Positions 7,960 to 18,402 of a stretch of DNA of 60,212 nt are shown here, piece by piece. The notes under the pieces were generated by a model. The model was not told the origin of the DNA. It was given only the letters and a program-made list of their open reading frames with translations, and did not search any database. Source of the DNA: Bacteroidales bacterium UBA1215 (GTDB lineage: Bacteria; Bacteroidota; Bacteroidia; Bacteroidales; WCHB1-69); NCBI GenBank assembly GCA_002309475.1, contig DBXJ01000077.1, forward strand, positions 3,471 through 63,682, given 5' to 3'. Made by a program: the position numbers and the translations under genes. Numbering within the stretch: the first letter of the stretch is position 1; every line of letters begins with the position of its first letter.

Positions 7960-8084
7960 TTTTTTGTTATTGGTTATATAGCTTCAATAAGCAATTTATT
8001 AAGAATTTTTTCTTGTTGAAAAAAAATTTCCATTGTAAATCTGTTTTATATAAATTTTTTTTGTATATTTGCCGATTGAAAAAT
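7960..8084 (+). promoter_or_regulatory. Repeated promoter-upstream module, copy A (contains -7 box TAtaTTTG at 8064-8071)
   Basis: The 54-nt core at 8031-8084 is identical to 27710-27763 at 49 of 54 positions without gaps. Further upstream, ttattggttatatagcttcaataagcaattt aligns with the second copy. Confidence 0.7.
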
Positions 8085-8162
8085 ATGGTTATGCCAAGAG
8101 ACCATTAAATACATCTTTTTTAGTAAGTTCTTGGCACTAAAAACAAGAAAGGAGCAGATATT

Positions 8163-8651
8163 ATGAAACAAATAAAAAACAATTATAAACTTTTAAATAC
8201 AATAACAATGAAACTGAAATACATAATGCCTATGTTAGCAACGGTCGTCCTGATAGTGGCAGGATTAGTCCTTTTCGCAGGATGTGAAGAGGAAGAAAAT
8301 AAAGTAAAAGAGAAAAACTATATGGATATTCCTTTAGAACAATATCTAAAAGGAACATGGGTACTTGAGAAAGAAATTCCGACACTCAATTATGATTTTT
8401 TTCAAGATACGCTCATTTTTAATAATGGATACTTTGTTAGCAATTGTGAAACATCTGATCATATTCCCTATCAAACACAATATGTCTATTATCCCTATAA
8501 TGATACAGTTAGACAAAATGATACAACTTACTATACAAGATTATTCATTGAAAGATTAGGACCTGATGAAATACTTATTTACAATTATCATCCATGCTAT
8601 GATTATACTTGTGCAGTTAAAAATTCAGCGTTTAGCCGTATAAAAAATTAA
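8163..8651 (+). CDS. Hypothetical lipoprotein (AT-rich gene)
   Basis: 162-aa ORF. The more likely start is ATG 8208 (MKLKYIMPMLATVVLIVAGLVLFAGC, lipobox FAGC). The mature part is Tyr/Asn-rich and no family was recognised. Confidence 0.6.
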   Translation: MKQIKNNYKLLNTITMKLKYIMPMLATVVLIVAGLVLFAGCEEEENKVKEKNYMDIPLEQYLKGTWVLEKEIPTLNYDFFQDTLIFNNGYFVSNCETSDHIPYQTQYVYYPYNDTVRQNDTTYYTRLFIERLGPDEILIYNYHPCYDYTCAVKNSAFSRIKN

Positions 8652-8806
8652 GGTATGAAAAAATATAAAGCCACATTCAAGTCACAAATGCAAATTTGTT
8701 AAACAATTATTTTTTATAAAAGTAGAAAAAAATTTTTTCAATAGATTTTTTTAAGGAAAATTATCTTTTTGTCCGTCTTTATTTTCTAAATCTCAACAAA
8801 AAATGC

Positions 8807-8814
8807 TATCTTTG
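8807..8814 (+). promoter_or_regulatory. -7 box (TAtcTTTG) for alaS
   Basis: gctatctttgcaag, ~57 nt upstream of ATG 8872. Confidence 0.45.
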
Positions 8815-8871
8815 CAAGTTTTTATTCTTTTTCTCTAAAATAGAGAGATAATATAAAAAAATAAAGAAAAG

Positions 8872-11493
8872 ATGACAAATAAAGAAATAAGAAAAGCATT
8901 TTTAGATTTTTTTCGCTCTAAAGAACATCATATAGTTCCTTCAGCACCCATAGTGGTCAAAAACGACCCTACACTTATGTTTACCAATGCCGGCATGAAC
9001 CAGTTTAAAGATATCTTTTTAGGCAATCAGCCTGCCAAATATCTACGAGCTGCCGACAGCCAGAAATGTCTGCGGGTATCCGGCAAACACAACGATTTGG
9101 AAGAAGTCGGCCGCGACACCTACCACCACACTTTTTTTGAAATGTTGGGCAACTGGTCTTTTGCCGACTATTTCAAAAAAGAAGCGATAGAATGGGCATG
9201 GGAGTTTTTAACAGAAGTAGTAAAAATCGACAAAAACAATCTCTATGTTACCGTATTTGGCGGAGATGCAAACGACCACACCGAAAAAGATACGGAGGCA
9301 TATAATTTTTGGAAAAATATCATCAGCGAAGACAGAATTCTCTTCGGCAATAAAAAAGACAACTTTTGGGAAATGGGCGAACAAGGTCCTTGCGGTCCTT
9401 GCTCGGAAATTCATATAGACATCAGAAACGAGGAGGAAAAAAAGAAAATCTCCGGACGTGAATTAGTCAACAAAGACCATCCGCAAGTGATAGAAATATG
9501 GAATTTGGTATTTATACAATACAACCGTAATGCCAATGGACAATTGGAACTGTTGCCGAACAAATATGTCGATACCGGCATGGGTTTTGAACGATTGTGC
9601 ATGGTGTTGCAAGACAAACAATCCAACTACGAAACCGATATCTTCCAACCATTGATACAAGCCATTGCACAAGCCGCACACGTAAACTACGGCGACAATG
9701 CCGAAAAAGACATTGCCATGCGAGTGATTGCCGACCACCTGAGAGCCGTTTCGTTCGCCATAACAGACGGACAACTGCCTTCCAACACAGGTGCCGGCTA
9801 CGTAATCAGACGAATTCTCCGCAGAGCTGTCCGCTACGGCTTCACCTATCTGGGATTTGAACAACCTTTCATCTGCGAACTGTTGCCGACATTAGTCAAT
9901 CAAATGAAAGAACAATTCCCCGAAATTGAAAAACAAAAAGATGTCGCCTATAAAATCATCAAAGAAGAAGAACAGTCATTTTTGAGAACTTTGGCATCGG
10001 GCATACAAAAATTTGAGCAATATATTGCCTCTCACAAAAACGAAAAAGTCATCAACGGCGATTTTGCCTTTGAACTATTCGACACCTACGGCTTCCCTAT
10101 CGACCTCACCCAATTGATGGCCGAAGAAAAAAATATGACCGTTGACATGGTGGCATTCGAAAAAGGACTGGCAACACAAAAACAACGCTCCCGCTCGGTA
10201 GCACAAACCGAAACCGACGACTGGCAAATAGTCAACGATAGCAATGAAAATACCGATTTTGTCGGCTACGACACTTTGACAACAGAAACTAAAATATTGA
10301 AATACAGAAAGGTGACTGCAAAAAATCAATCTTTCTACCAACTAATTCTCAGCCAGACACCTTTCTATGCAGAAGGCGGTGGTCAAGTGGGCGACAAAGG
10401 AATATTAAAAAACAATACCGAAACCATACAAATTACCAACACAAAGAAAGAAAACAATTTATACATTCATTTGTGCAACCAATTGCCAAAAAATCTTTCG
10501 GCGACTTTCACTGCACAAGTAGATGCCGACAGCCGAAAATTAACGGAAAACAACCATAGTGCCACTCACCTGCTGCAATTCGCTTTGCGAAAAGTTTTAG
10601 GAACACACATTGAACAAAAAGGGTCGTTTGTCAATGCAGACAGACTACGTTTTGACTTCTCCCACTATGCCAAGATGAGCAAAGAAGAAATAAGGGAGAC
10701 AGAAAAAATTGTCAATCAACTGATTCGACAAAATATTCCATTAAACGAACACCGCAATGTTCCTATCCACGAGGCGGAAAAAATGGGAGCAATGATGTTG
10801 TTTGGAGAAAAATACGGCGACAAAGTACGTGTTATTCAATTTGGCGATTCTATTGAATTTTGCGGCGGCACCCACACAAGTGCCACAGGCAATATCGGCT
10901 TATTCCATATCATATCCGAATCTGCCATTGCCGCCGGCATCCGTCGTATTGAAGCTGTAACTGCCATCGGTGCAGAAAATATTGTCTATGCACAACAAGA
11001 TACTTTAGAAGAATTACGTAGCTTGTGCAACAATCCCGCCAACTTGACTTTGTCGGTCAAAACTTGTATAGAAGAAAACAACAAATTGAAAAAACAAGTG
11101 GAAGGCTTGCTCAACGAAAGAATCAACGCTTTGTGCCAGCAATTGCTAAAGCAAGTGGAAACTATCGGAGATATAAAGATAATCCGCTATTGCGGCACCG
11201 AAGATGCCGACTTTGTCAAAAAATTGACGGTAATGCTAAAACCTCATTTTGAACACGAAAAATTCGCCTTTGTAGGTGGTAGTGTCTTTAACGACAAGCC
11301 TACCTTAACTTTGTTTTTCACTACTCCGATGACAGAAGCAGGTTTCCATGCCGGCAACATCATCCGACAATCTGCCAAAGTGATAGAAGGCGGTGGCGGC
11401 GGTCAAAACTTTTTGGCAAGCGCCGGCGGCAAAAAAGCCGAAAACATCCGGCAAGCAATTGAAGAAACTGTTAAACTCATTACTGAAAAATAA
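8872..11493 (+). CDS. alaS: Alanine--tRNA ligase
   Basis: 873 aa. Class II AlaRS motifs FTNAGMNQFK and HHTFFEMLGNWSF, editing-domain HSATHLL, and a C-terminal GGGGGQ DHHA1-type tail. Confidence 0.95.
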   Translation: MTNKEIRKAFLDFFRSKEHHIVPSAPIVVKNDPTLMFTNAGMNQFKDIFLGNQPAKYLRAADSQKCLRVSGKHNDLEEVGRDTYHHTFFEMLGNWSFADYFKKEAIEWAWEFLTEVVKIDKNNLYVTVFGGDANDHTEKDTEAYNFWKNIISEDRILFGNKKDNFWEMGEQGPCGPCSEIHIDIRNEEEKKKISGRELVNKDHPQVIEIWNLVFIQYNRNANGQLELLPNKYVDTGMGFERLCMVLQDKQSNYETDIFQPLIQAIAQAAHVNYGDNAEKDIAMRVIADHLRAVSFAITDGQLPSNTGAGYVIRRILRRAVRYGFTYLGFEQPFICELLPTLVNQMKEQFPEIEKQKDVAYKIIKEEEQSFLRTLASGIQKFEQYIASHKNEKVINGDFAFELFDTYGFPIDLTQLMAEEKNMTVDMVAFEKGLATQKQRSRSVAQTETDDWQIVNDSNENTDFVGYDTLTTETKILKYRKVTAKNQSFYQLILSQTPFYAEGGGQVGDKGILKNNTETIQITNTKKENNLYIHLCNQLPKNLSATFTAQVDADSRKLTENNHSATHLLQFALRKVLGTHIEQKGSFVNADRLRFDFSHYAKMSKEEIRETEKIVNQLIRQNIPLNEHRNVPIHEAEKMGAMMLFGEKYGDKVRVIQFGDSIEFCGGTHTSATGNIGLFHIISESAIAAGIRRIEAVTAIGAENIVYAQQDTLEELRSLCNNPANLTLSVKTCIEENNKLKKQVEGLLNERINALCQQLLKQVETIGDIKIIRYCGTEDADFVKKLTVMLKPHFEHEKFAFVGGSVFNDKPTLTLFFTTPMTEAGFHAGNIIRQSAKVIEGGGGGQNFLASAGGKKAENIRQAIEETVKLITEK

Positions 11494-11499
11494 AATTCC

Positions 11500-12657
11500 A
11501 TGAAGCATTTCAAATTTTTATCCGTGCTGTTACTAATAACTATTGTAGTTGTTTCTTGCAAAAAGAAAGACTTTCCTGACGAGCAATATATAGAATTTGC
11601 CAAACACATCGAAGAAAGTATCGCTGCCGGCAATGCAGACCTGCTCAATGCAGCTTTTGACTACAATAGTTTTGAAAAAATTGTCTTTGATGGTCTCAAA
11701 CTCACCGAAGATCAAAAAATTGATGCAGACAAATATATTCGTGAATACATCCGTCCCGGAAGTATCAAAGTGGATGCCGTCACCTACGGTGCTGACTTTC
11801 ACTTTACCAAGTTTTATCGTGACAGTTTGGGCAACGCAAGAATCATCTTCCGCTTGTACAACAACGGAGGCATCTCTATTGAAGACTGGGAGATGAAAGT
11901 GATTGACAAAGAAATAAAAATTGTAGATGCCTTTGCAGTGGCTTCCGGCATTAAATGGAGTGAAGACTGCCGCCAGCAAATCTGCAATCACCTCAACATT
12001 ATCAACGAAGAAGTAATGAACCTCAATCGTTTGATACAAGTCAACATAGCTATCGGCAACGAAGACTTTGCCGCCGCAGACAGTATATTGTTTTATACTT
12101 TGCCGCAGACGAAAGATTTAATGTATGCCAACGTACTCAATCTTAATCTTTCCAGCATTACCGACGACTACGAAAATGTAAAAACAACAGCCGACCAATT
12201 TGTCAAAAAATTCCCTGACGAAGACCGCATTGCCACTTTCTATTTAATGCAAAGTGCTATCGGAAATGGTTTGGTGGAAGAAGTAAGTGCACAAATAGAC
12301 AAAATGGTGAACATGTTTGGCAACGACCCTATCTATTATGTATATCTTTCCTGGGTATTTCAAAATGCCGATGCCTACGATTTGGCATTGGAAGCCATGG
12401 ATAGTGCTATCACCTATTTGCCGAGTCTGTTTGACTTATACATTGAAAAAATGGATATTTTCTATCTTCAAGAACAATACAGCCAAATTGCAGAAGAATT
12501 GAATACTATTGACGAATTGTTTCTGCCGGGCAAAGAAGACGACGACTACTTTTCACGCCGTTATCCCAAGGCTCGCAACAATACCGCATTTAAACAATGG
12601 ATAGACAAACGTAATTACCTAAACTACGATTCTCTTAACAAAGCTATGGGATTTTAA
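11500..12657 (+). CDS. Hypothetical lipoprotein, probably helical-repeat (TPR-like) C-terminal half
   Basis: 385 aa with lipobox VVSC. No catalytic motif seen. Confidence 0.55.
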   Translation: MKHFKFLSVLLLITIVVVSCKKKDFPDEQYIEFAKHIEESIAAGNADLLNAAFDYNSFEKIVFDGLKLTEDQKIDADKYIREYIRPGSIKVDAVTYGADFHFTKFYRDSLGNARIIFRLYNNGGISIEDWEMKVIDKEIKIVDAFAVASGIKWSEDCRQQICNHLNIINEEVMNLNRLIQVNIAIGNEDFAAADSILFYTLPQTKDLMYANVLNLNLSSITDDYENVKTTADQFVKKFPDEDRIATFYLMQSAIGNGLVEEVSAQIDKMVNMFGNDPIYYVYLSWVFQNADAYDLALEAMDSAITYLPSLFDLYIEKMDIFYLQEQYSQIAEELNTIDELFLPGKEDDDYFSRRYPKARNNTAFKQWIDKRNYLNYDSLNKAMGF

Positions 12658-12659
12658 TC

Positions 12660-13247
12660 ATGAATATAAAAGAATTTTATCGCAAATATACCATTCTCAG
12701 CACACTGATTTTAATGATGCTGACAACCCTTGTACTATTGATTATTGTAGTGCAACTCACCAAAATAATCACTTTTCACGGACAAGAATACGAAACGCCT
12801 AACCTTGTCGGTAAGACTCCTGAAGAATTGTCCATATTTTTAGATGAGGAAAATGTGCATCACTTCAAATTGGAAGTAATCGATTCCATGTTTATTCCAG
12901 ACCAACCCAAAGGTGTTGTCCTCAATCAAGATCCTGCACCGGGCAGCAAAGTGAAAAAAAGAAGAAAAATCTATTTGACGACAGTGGCTGTAACGGCTCC
13001 GCAAGTGGAAATGCCTAATTTGGTGGATTTATCACTCCGACAAGCAGAAAATTTGCTAAAAACCAACAATTTGCAATTAGGTCAAGTGATTTACAAATCC
13101 AGCAAATACAACAATGCCGTTTTAGAACAACGCTACAAAGGACGCATTATCGCAACAAGTGAAAAAGTGCCTTATATGGCTAAAATCACTTTGGTAGTCG
13201 GCAAAGAAGAACAAGAAGATGTAGATGTGGATTTGAACTTTGAATAA
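12660..13247 (+). CDS. PASTA-domain membrane protein
   Basis: 195 aa with an N-terminal TM helix and two PNLVG/PNLV...L...A..LL units typical of PASTA repeats. Confidence 0.6.
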   Translation: MNIKEFYRKYTILSTLILMMLTTLVLLIIVVQLTKIITFHGQEYETPNLVGKTPEELSIFLDEENVHHFKLEVIDSMFIPDQPKGVVLNQDPAPGSKVKKRRKIYLTTVAVTAPQVEMPNLVDLSLRQAENLLKTNNLQLGQVIYKSSKYNNAVLEQRYKGRIIATSEKVPYMAKITLVVGKEEQEDVDVDLNFE

Positions 13248-13926
13248 AGATATCGTGAGTAAAGGAAAATTAGCAAAATTCGCGGAAACAAAGACTTTTG
13301 ACAACTTTTTTGAACCGACAAGAAACGAAGTTGTTGAAGGACACTTTGCCTTGAAAGGCAGATGGCACGAATATTTTGGCAACAAGCACCCTATCGTGTT
13401 AGAACTTTGCTGTGGCAGAGGGGAATATACTGTCGGACAAGCACAACTATTTCCCGACAAGAACTTTATCGGTATGGACCGAAAAGGAGCACGTATGTGG
13501 AAGGGATGCCGCCAGTCAATAGACGAAGGAATGAAAAATGTCGCCTTTCTGCGTGGATATATTGACTATGTGAATTTTTGTTTTGACAAAGATGAAGTAA
13601 GCGAAATCTGGATCACATTTCCTGACCCGCAACCACAAAAGCCCAGAAAGAGAATGACAGCCCCCGTTTTTTTGGACCGCTACAGACAAATTCTCCACGA
13701 TGAGGGCAGTATCCATTTGAAAACCGACAGCGAATTGATGTATAATTTCACCTTGGAGGTCATCAATGAACAACAGTTGACAATATTGGAAAATATTGAC
13801 AATTTGTATGCCTTGGATTACCTTGCCGACAATTTGAAAATAAAAACCTACTACGAAAATATGTGGTTGGCACAAGGTGCCACCATTAGATATATTAATT
13901 TTTCACTCAACAAAAAACAATTGTAA
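13240..13926 (+). CDS. trmB: tRNA (guanine-N7)-methyltransferase
   Basis: 228 aa. LELCCGRGEYT SAM motif, WITFPDPQPQK and HLKTDS are hallmark TrmB blocks. The track start is TTG, so the true start is uncertain (GTG at 13255 is possible). Confidence 0.85.
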   Translation: MNKDIVSKGKLAKFAETKTFDNFFEPTRNEVVEGHFALKGRWHEYFGNKHPIVLELCCGRGEYTVGQAQLFPDKNFIGMDRKGARMWKGCRQSIDEGMKNVAFLRGYIDYVNFCFDKDEVSEIWITFPDPQPQKPRKRMTAPVFLDRYRQILHDEGSIHLKTDSELMYNFTLEVINEQQLTILENIDNLYALDYLADNLKIKTYYENMWLAQGATIRYINFSLNKKQL

Positions 13927-14417
13927 TGAACGGAGACCCGAAATTGTATGAATTGTTGAAGAAATTGGATATCGATTTTGAATACATTGAGCATCCTGAA
14001 GCACCTACTATAAAAATTGCCAAGCAATTTTGGGCGGGACACGATGCCAAACACTGCAAAAACCTGTTTTTCAGAAACCACAAAGGCAACCAACATTATT
14101 TGGTTTTATTGGATTGTGACCAGAATATGGACATCCATAGCATTGAAAAAATTCTTAAACAAGGAAAATTAAGTTTTGCATCTCCGGAACGATTGATGAG
14201 ATACTTGGGTGTAACACCCGGCTCGGTAACACCTTTCGGCCTCATCAATGACAAAGACCACCATGTAATAGTTTTTATTGACAGCACATTAAAAAATGCA
14301 GAACGACTAAGTTTTCATCCCTGCATTAATACTGCTTCACTGATGATAAAAAAAGAGGATTTGCTAAAGTTTTTAGATTACTGTACAAATCCATACTATT
14401 GGATAGATTTATATTAA
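13926..14417 (+). CDS. YbaK/ProX-type aminoacyl-tRNA editing (prolyl-tRNA synthetase-associated) domain protein
   Basis: 163 aa. The CKNLFFRN...YLVLL...GVTPGSVTPFGL...SFHP pattern is that of free-standing ProX/YbaK deacylases. Confidence 0.6.
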   Translation: MNGDPKLYELLKKLDIDFEYIEHPEAPTIKIAKQFWAGHDAKHCKNLFFRNHKGNQHYLVLLDCDQNMDIHSIEKILKQGKLSFASPERLMRYLGVTPGSVTPFGLINDKDHHVIVFIDSTLKNAERLSFHPCINTASLMIKKEDLLKFLDYCTNPYYWIDLY

Positions 14418-14424
14418 AAAGACA

Positions 14425-15648
14425 TTGAGTTACAATTATTTTCGATTAGATAACGGCATTCGCATTATTCATAAATTAGTAGCCTCGCCTATTGCACACA
14501 TAGGCGTTGTGGTCAATACGGGCACCCGTGAAGAACTCCCGTCCGAACGTGGCATAGCCCATTTTATTGAACATGTTATTTTCAAAGGAACAGAAAAAAG
14601 AAATACCTACCAAGTACTTTCCTATTTGGAAAATATAGGCGGAGACCTGAATGCCTACACCACCAAAGAAGAAACTTTTTTTTATGCTTCCGTCCTGAAT
14701 CAATACCTCGGACGAGCAGCGGAATTGCTTTCTGACATCATTTTTCACTCCACTTTCCACGAAAAAGACATTGAAACAGAAAAAGATGTAGTAATAGAAG
14801 AAATACAACTCTGCAAAGACACCCCTACTGAATGGATATTTGATGAATTTGAAAACCTGATTTTCAAAGGCAGCAGTCTGGGAACCAATATTTTAGGCAC
14901 AAAAAAGGAAGTAAAGCAAATCAAACGGGAAACCATTTTCAATTTTATTGCCAAAAACTACAACACCGACCAAATGGTGATAGCGATAGTCGGCAATGTA
15001 CCTTTTGAACAGATAAAACGTATTGTTAGTAAATATTTTGCATTGATTCCGGCCAACAAAAGACAATTTACTCGCAAAAAATTAGAACCTTATCAACCTG
15101 ACAGCAAACACATAAAAATCCATAGCAACCAGTCTCATGCGGTAATGGGTTGTGTATTGCCATCTTATGACGAACGCAAAAATCAAATTGCCACTTTGCT
15201 AAGCAATATATTGGGAGGCCAAGGACTCAATTCCCGTCTCAACATGGCCATTCGAGAAAAAAAAGGTTATGTCTATAATATTGAATCTTCTTATTCTGCG
15301 ATGAGCGACTTGAGTATTTTCAATATCTATATCGGTTGTGAGCAGAGAAATTTGGACAAATGTTTTGAACTGACACACAGGGAATTAAACAAACTACGCA
15401 ATGTAAAATTAGGCACACTGCAATTACACCGAGCAAAATTGCAAATGATTGGTCAAGTGGAGATTACATACGAATCCAATCTTACGGAAATGTTGTCCAT
15501 CGGCAAAAATCACCTTATGTTTGAAGATGTGGAAACCATTGAAGGCGTGGTGGAAAAAATCAGCACCATCACTGCCGATGAATTGATTGACATGGCCAAC
15601 GAAATGCTCAACATAGACAATTTGAGTTATATAACTATGGGCAAATGA
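14425..15648 (+). CDS. M16-family zinc peptidase (insulinase-like)
   Basis: 407 aa. Inverted zinc motif HFIEH (HxxEH) followed by FKGT. The start in the track is TTG. Confidence 0.8.
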   Translation: MSYNYFRLDNGIRIIHKLVASPIAHIGVVVNTGTREELPSERGIAHFIEHVIFKGTEKRNTYQVLSYLENIGGDLNAYTTKEETFFYASVLNQYLGRAAELLSDIIFHSTFHEKDIETEKDVVIEEIQLCKDTPTEWIFDEFENLIFKGSSLGTNILGTKKEVKQIKRETIFNFIAKNYNTDQMVIAIVGNVPFEQIKRIVSKYFALIPANKRQFTRKKLEPYQPDSKHIKIHSNQSHAVMGCVLPSYDERKNQIATLLSNILGGQGLNSRLNMAIREKKGYVYNIESSYSAMSDLSIFNIYIGCEQRNLDKCFELTHRELNKLRNVKLGTLQLHRAKLQMIGQVEITYESNLTEMLSIGKNHLMFEDVETIEGVVEKISTITADELIDMANEMLNIDNLSYITMGK

Positions 15649-17084
15649 TGAAAAAAACATTTTTTTTAGCGGTCATTTTATGCTGTTGCCTACAAAGTTA
15701 TGGCAATATAGTTGATAGCACCCGCACACTGACGGCAAAAGAAAAATTTAAAAATTTCTTTTCTCTACGAGATACGGATACGATTAGAGAATTTAATCAA
15801 ATCACCACATACGAATCCTATAAAGAACAAGCCCACCCTAAAAACAACAAACGTTGGGGAGTGGCATTTGGCGGATATATCAGCCAGGACAATATTTTTG
15901 ACACCCGACAGTCAATAACTGCCCGGGAAGGCATCATCACCATGTATCCCGCCAACATCAAAACGGACAAAAACGGCAAAGATATCAATGCCCGGCCAAG
16001 TTTCAATATGTTGGCTATGAATACACGTTTGACAGGAAGAATTACGGCACCAAAGGCACTTGGAGCAGACATTTCCGGCATGTTGGAAGGATGGTTTGTA
16101 GGTGTGGCCAACAGCGATGCCAACGGCTTTTGTCTTCGACATGCCATTATTCAACTACAATGGCCTACTACACATCTTTTAATAGGACAAACCTGGCATC
16201 CGCTTTTCACCGAAAATTGTTTTGCCTACACGCTAACCGGCAGTGCGGGAGCCCCTTTTCAAGCTTTTTCTCGTGCCCCGCAAATACGTGTAAAACAAAA
16301 TTTCGGCATCAACAATTTAATGTTATACATTTCCGCTCAACGCGATTATGCCAGCATCGGTTTTAATGGAACGAGTTCTGAATATCTTCGCAATTCGGCA
16401 ATTCCGGAAGGCGGCATGCAATATTTTTTGGACTTCAAAAAACACAACAAAAAAGATTCTTCACTCACTTCCAACACGTTGATAGGTATTGGTGGCGACT
16501 ACAAATATTTAATACCCAGAGTGGTCACTTCTGACAATGAATACTGCCACAAAGGCGTGCATTCTTGGGCTGTGATTGCATTTTTACACCATCAACATGC
16601 CCTAACACACCATTCACAGTTGGGGTTGAAAGTCAAAGGCATGTATTCGCAAGGTGTCAACGACTTTTTATTAGTAGGTGGCTATGCCGTTCGCTACTAC
16701 GATTCCTATGCATTGAATTCTGCCGTAAATTTTGATTACGTTGGTCTCAACAATGTGAGCGTATGGTTTGACCTTTATGCTAACATAAAATCGTGGGAAG
16801 TGGCAATTTTTGGCGGCTACACACAAAATTTGGGAGCCTTCAAAAATATTCAAGACTGGAACAATGCCAACAGTTATTTTACCAAAGACTATGACATTCG
16901 CTCCATTCAAAGAATTTCTGCAAGGGTGAAATATACCGCCAAACAACTTCAATTTGCATTTGAACCGGAATACACAACTGTTTTATATGGCCAACAACGC
17001 AATAGTTTAGGCGAAGTTCAACGAGAAGGAGCAAAACTTGTTGGCAACCTGAGATTGTTGCTCACAGCTATCTTATATTTTTAA
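15645..17084 (+). CDS. Outer-membrane beta-barrel porin-like protein
   Basis: 479 aa with a signal peptide, alternating aromatic/Gly-rich strands, and a C-terminal ...LLLTAILYF ending in Phe (an OMP sorting signature). Confidence 0.5.
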   Translation: MMKKTFFLAVILCCCLQSYGNIVDSTRTLTAKEKFKNFFSLRDTDTIREFNQITTYESYKEQAHPKNNKRWGVAFGGYISQDNIFDTRQSITAREGIITMYPANIKTDKNGKDINARPSFNMLAMNTRLTGRITAPKALGADISGMLEGWFVGVANSDANGFCLRHAIIQLQWPTTHLLIGQTWHPLFTENCFAYTLTGSAGAPFQAFSRAPQIRVKQNFGINNLMLYISAQRDYASIGFNGTSSEYLRNSAIPEGGMQYFLDFKKHNKKDSSLTSNTLIGIGGDYKYLIPRVVTSDNEYCHKGVHSWAVIAFLHHQHALTHHSQLGLKVKGMYSQGVNDFLLVGGYAVRYYDSYALNSAVNFDYVGLNNVSVWFDLYANIKSWEVAIFGGYTQNLGAFKNIQDWNNANSYFTKDYDIRSIQRISARVKYTAKQLQFAFEPEYTTVLYGQQRNSLGEVQREGAKLVGNLRLLLTAILYF

Positions 17085-17097
17085 ACAAGCATCTATC

Positions 17098-17934
17098 ATG
17101 AGCCAAATTATCACTATTACAAGCGATTGGGGAAATACAGATTTTTATGCTGCCGCTTTCAAAGGGGCGATTCTCAACATAGACCCTACTCTCACTATTG
17201 TGGACATCACCCATAGAGTTAACAAATTTGACATCAATAATGCCGCATACCAGATAAAAAATTGCTATTACTTTTTTCCAAAAGGCAGTATTCATATTAT
17301 TGATGTCAACCAGACTCCGATTACCAATAAAGACAATGCCAAACATTATATTGCCTTCAAATACGACGGTCACTACTTTTTGTGTAAAAACAATGGTTTG
17401 ATGTATTTGATATGCGACAATTCGGCCAATATTGAAAAAATAATAAGGATTAAAAACCTTAAAAATGAAAACCACCACACTTTTAGAGCATTAGATGCTT
17501 TTGTACATCAAGCAAGCATGCTGGCTAAAACCGACGACCTGTCCTCTATCGGAGACGACTACCCTATTGAAAATCTCACCACTTTCAATGTTTCAGAATC
17601 CAACATTCGCTACAATCCTTCTACCAATACTTTGGCATTTAAAGTAAAACACATTGATAGCTACGGCAATATCATTACCGACCTGAAACGTGCTGATTTT
17701 GAAAAATATGCTAATGGAAGAATGTTTAACTTTTCTTCTAACTGCAACCATGAAAGTGCTATGTGCAAAATCACCAACACCTACACGGCTGCCGACCCGT
17801 TTTTCGTTTTCAACACCAATGATTATTTGGAAATTGGCTCCAATGGAAGCGATTTTGCTGCTGTATTGTCACTCAGCAACCGGGATTTTACCCAATGGAA
17901 TCTCTACATCACCTTTCTATCTACAGAACAATAG
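17098..17934 (+). CDS. SAM hydrolase / SAM-dependent halogenase family protein (DUF62, SAM hydroxide adenosyltransferase-like)
   Basis: 278 aa. The N-terminal ITITSDWGNTDFYAAAFKGAIL...IVDITHRV matches the family signature (TDFG..D.Y...KG....DI.H). Confidence 0.6.
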   Translation: MSQIITITSDWGNTDFYAAAFKGAILNIDPTLTIVDITHRVNKFDINNAAYQIKNCYYFFPKGSIHIIDVNQTPITNKDNAKHYIAFKYDGHYFLCKNNGLMYLICDNSANIEKIIRIKNLKNENHHTFRALDAFVHQASMLAKTDDLSSIGDDYPIENLTTFNVSESNIRYNPSTNTLAFKVKHIDSYGNIITDLKRADFEKYANGRMFNFSSNCNHESAMCKITNTYTAADPFFVFNTNDYLEIGSNGSDFAAVLSLSNRDFTQWNLYITFLSTEQ

Positions 17935-17961
17935 TAAGTATTAATGCTTAAGTAAAAATAC

Positions 17962-18402
17962 TTATTTATTTTTTCGCTTTTCGGCGAAAAAGGTTGTTAG
18001 CAATTGCTTGCAATCTTTTTCCAGGACGCCGCCTTTCAAAGTAGTTTTAGGATGTAAGAGTTTGCGTCTGTCTATTTGAATATGAGTTTCATCCTGAGTG
18101 CCATATACAATTTTTGGTATTTGTGTCCAAGCGGCGGCTCCTGCACACATAGCACAAGGTTCTAATGTAACATACAAAGTACAGTCTTTTAAATATTTAG
18201 AACCAAAATAATTAGCAGCAGCCGTAAATGCCTGCATTTCGGCATGTGCAGTAACATCGTTTAAAGTTTGCACTTGATTATGAGCCTTGGCAATGACGAT
18301 ATCGTTGCAAACAATTACACAACCAATCGGGATTTCGCCTTCCTCTTTGGCTTTTTCGGCTTCGTTTAAAGCCAATCGCATAAAATATTCATCATCAAAC
18401 AT
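17962..18402 (-). CDS. tadA: tRNA adenosine(34) deaminase
   Basis: 146 aa with the HAEMQA (HAE) and PCAMCAGA (PCxxC) zinc motifs. Confidence 0.85.
   Translation of the reverse strand: MFDDEYFMRLALNEAEKAKEEGEIPIGCVIVCNDIVIAKAHNQVQTLNDVTAHAEMQAFTAAANYFGSKYLKDCTLYVTLEPCAMCAGAAAWTQIPKIVYGTQDETHIQIDRRKLLHPKTTLKGGVLEKDCKQLLTTFFAEKRKNK

Noticed and set aside
8655-8702. 15-codon mini-ORF (MKKYKATFKSQMQIC) immediately after the 8163-8651 lipoprotein gene, and a 5-codon uORF (MAVIY) in the 27.8-kb leader.
   Set aside because: They are too short and compositionally unremarkable to separate from chance in AT-rich DNA. I can see no conservation evidence from the sequence alone.
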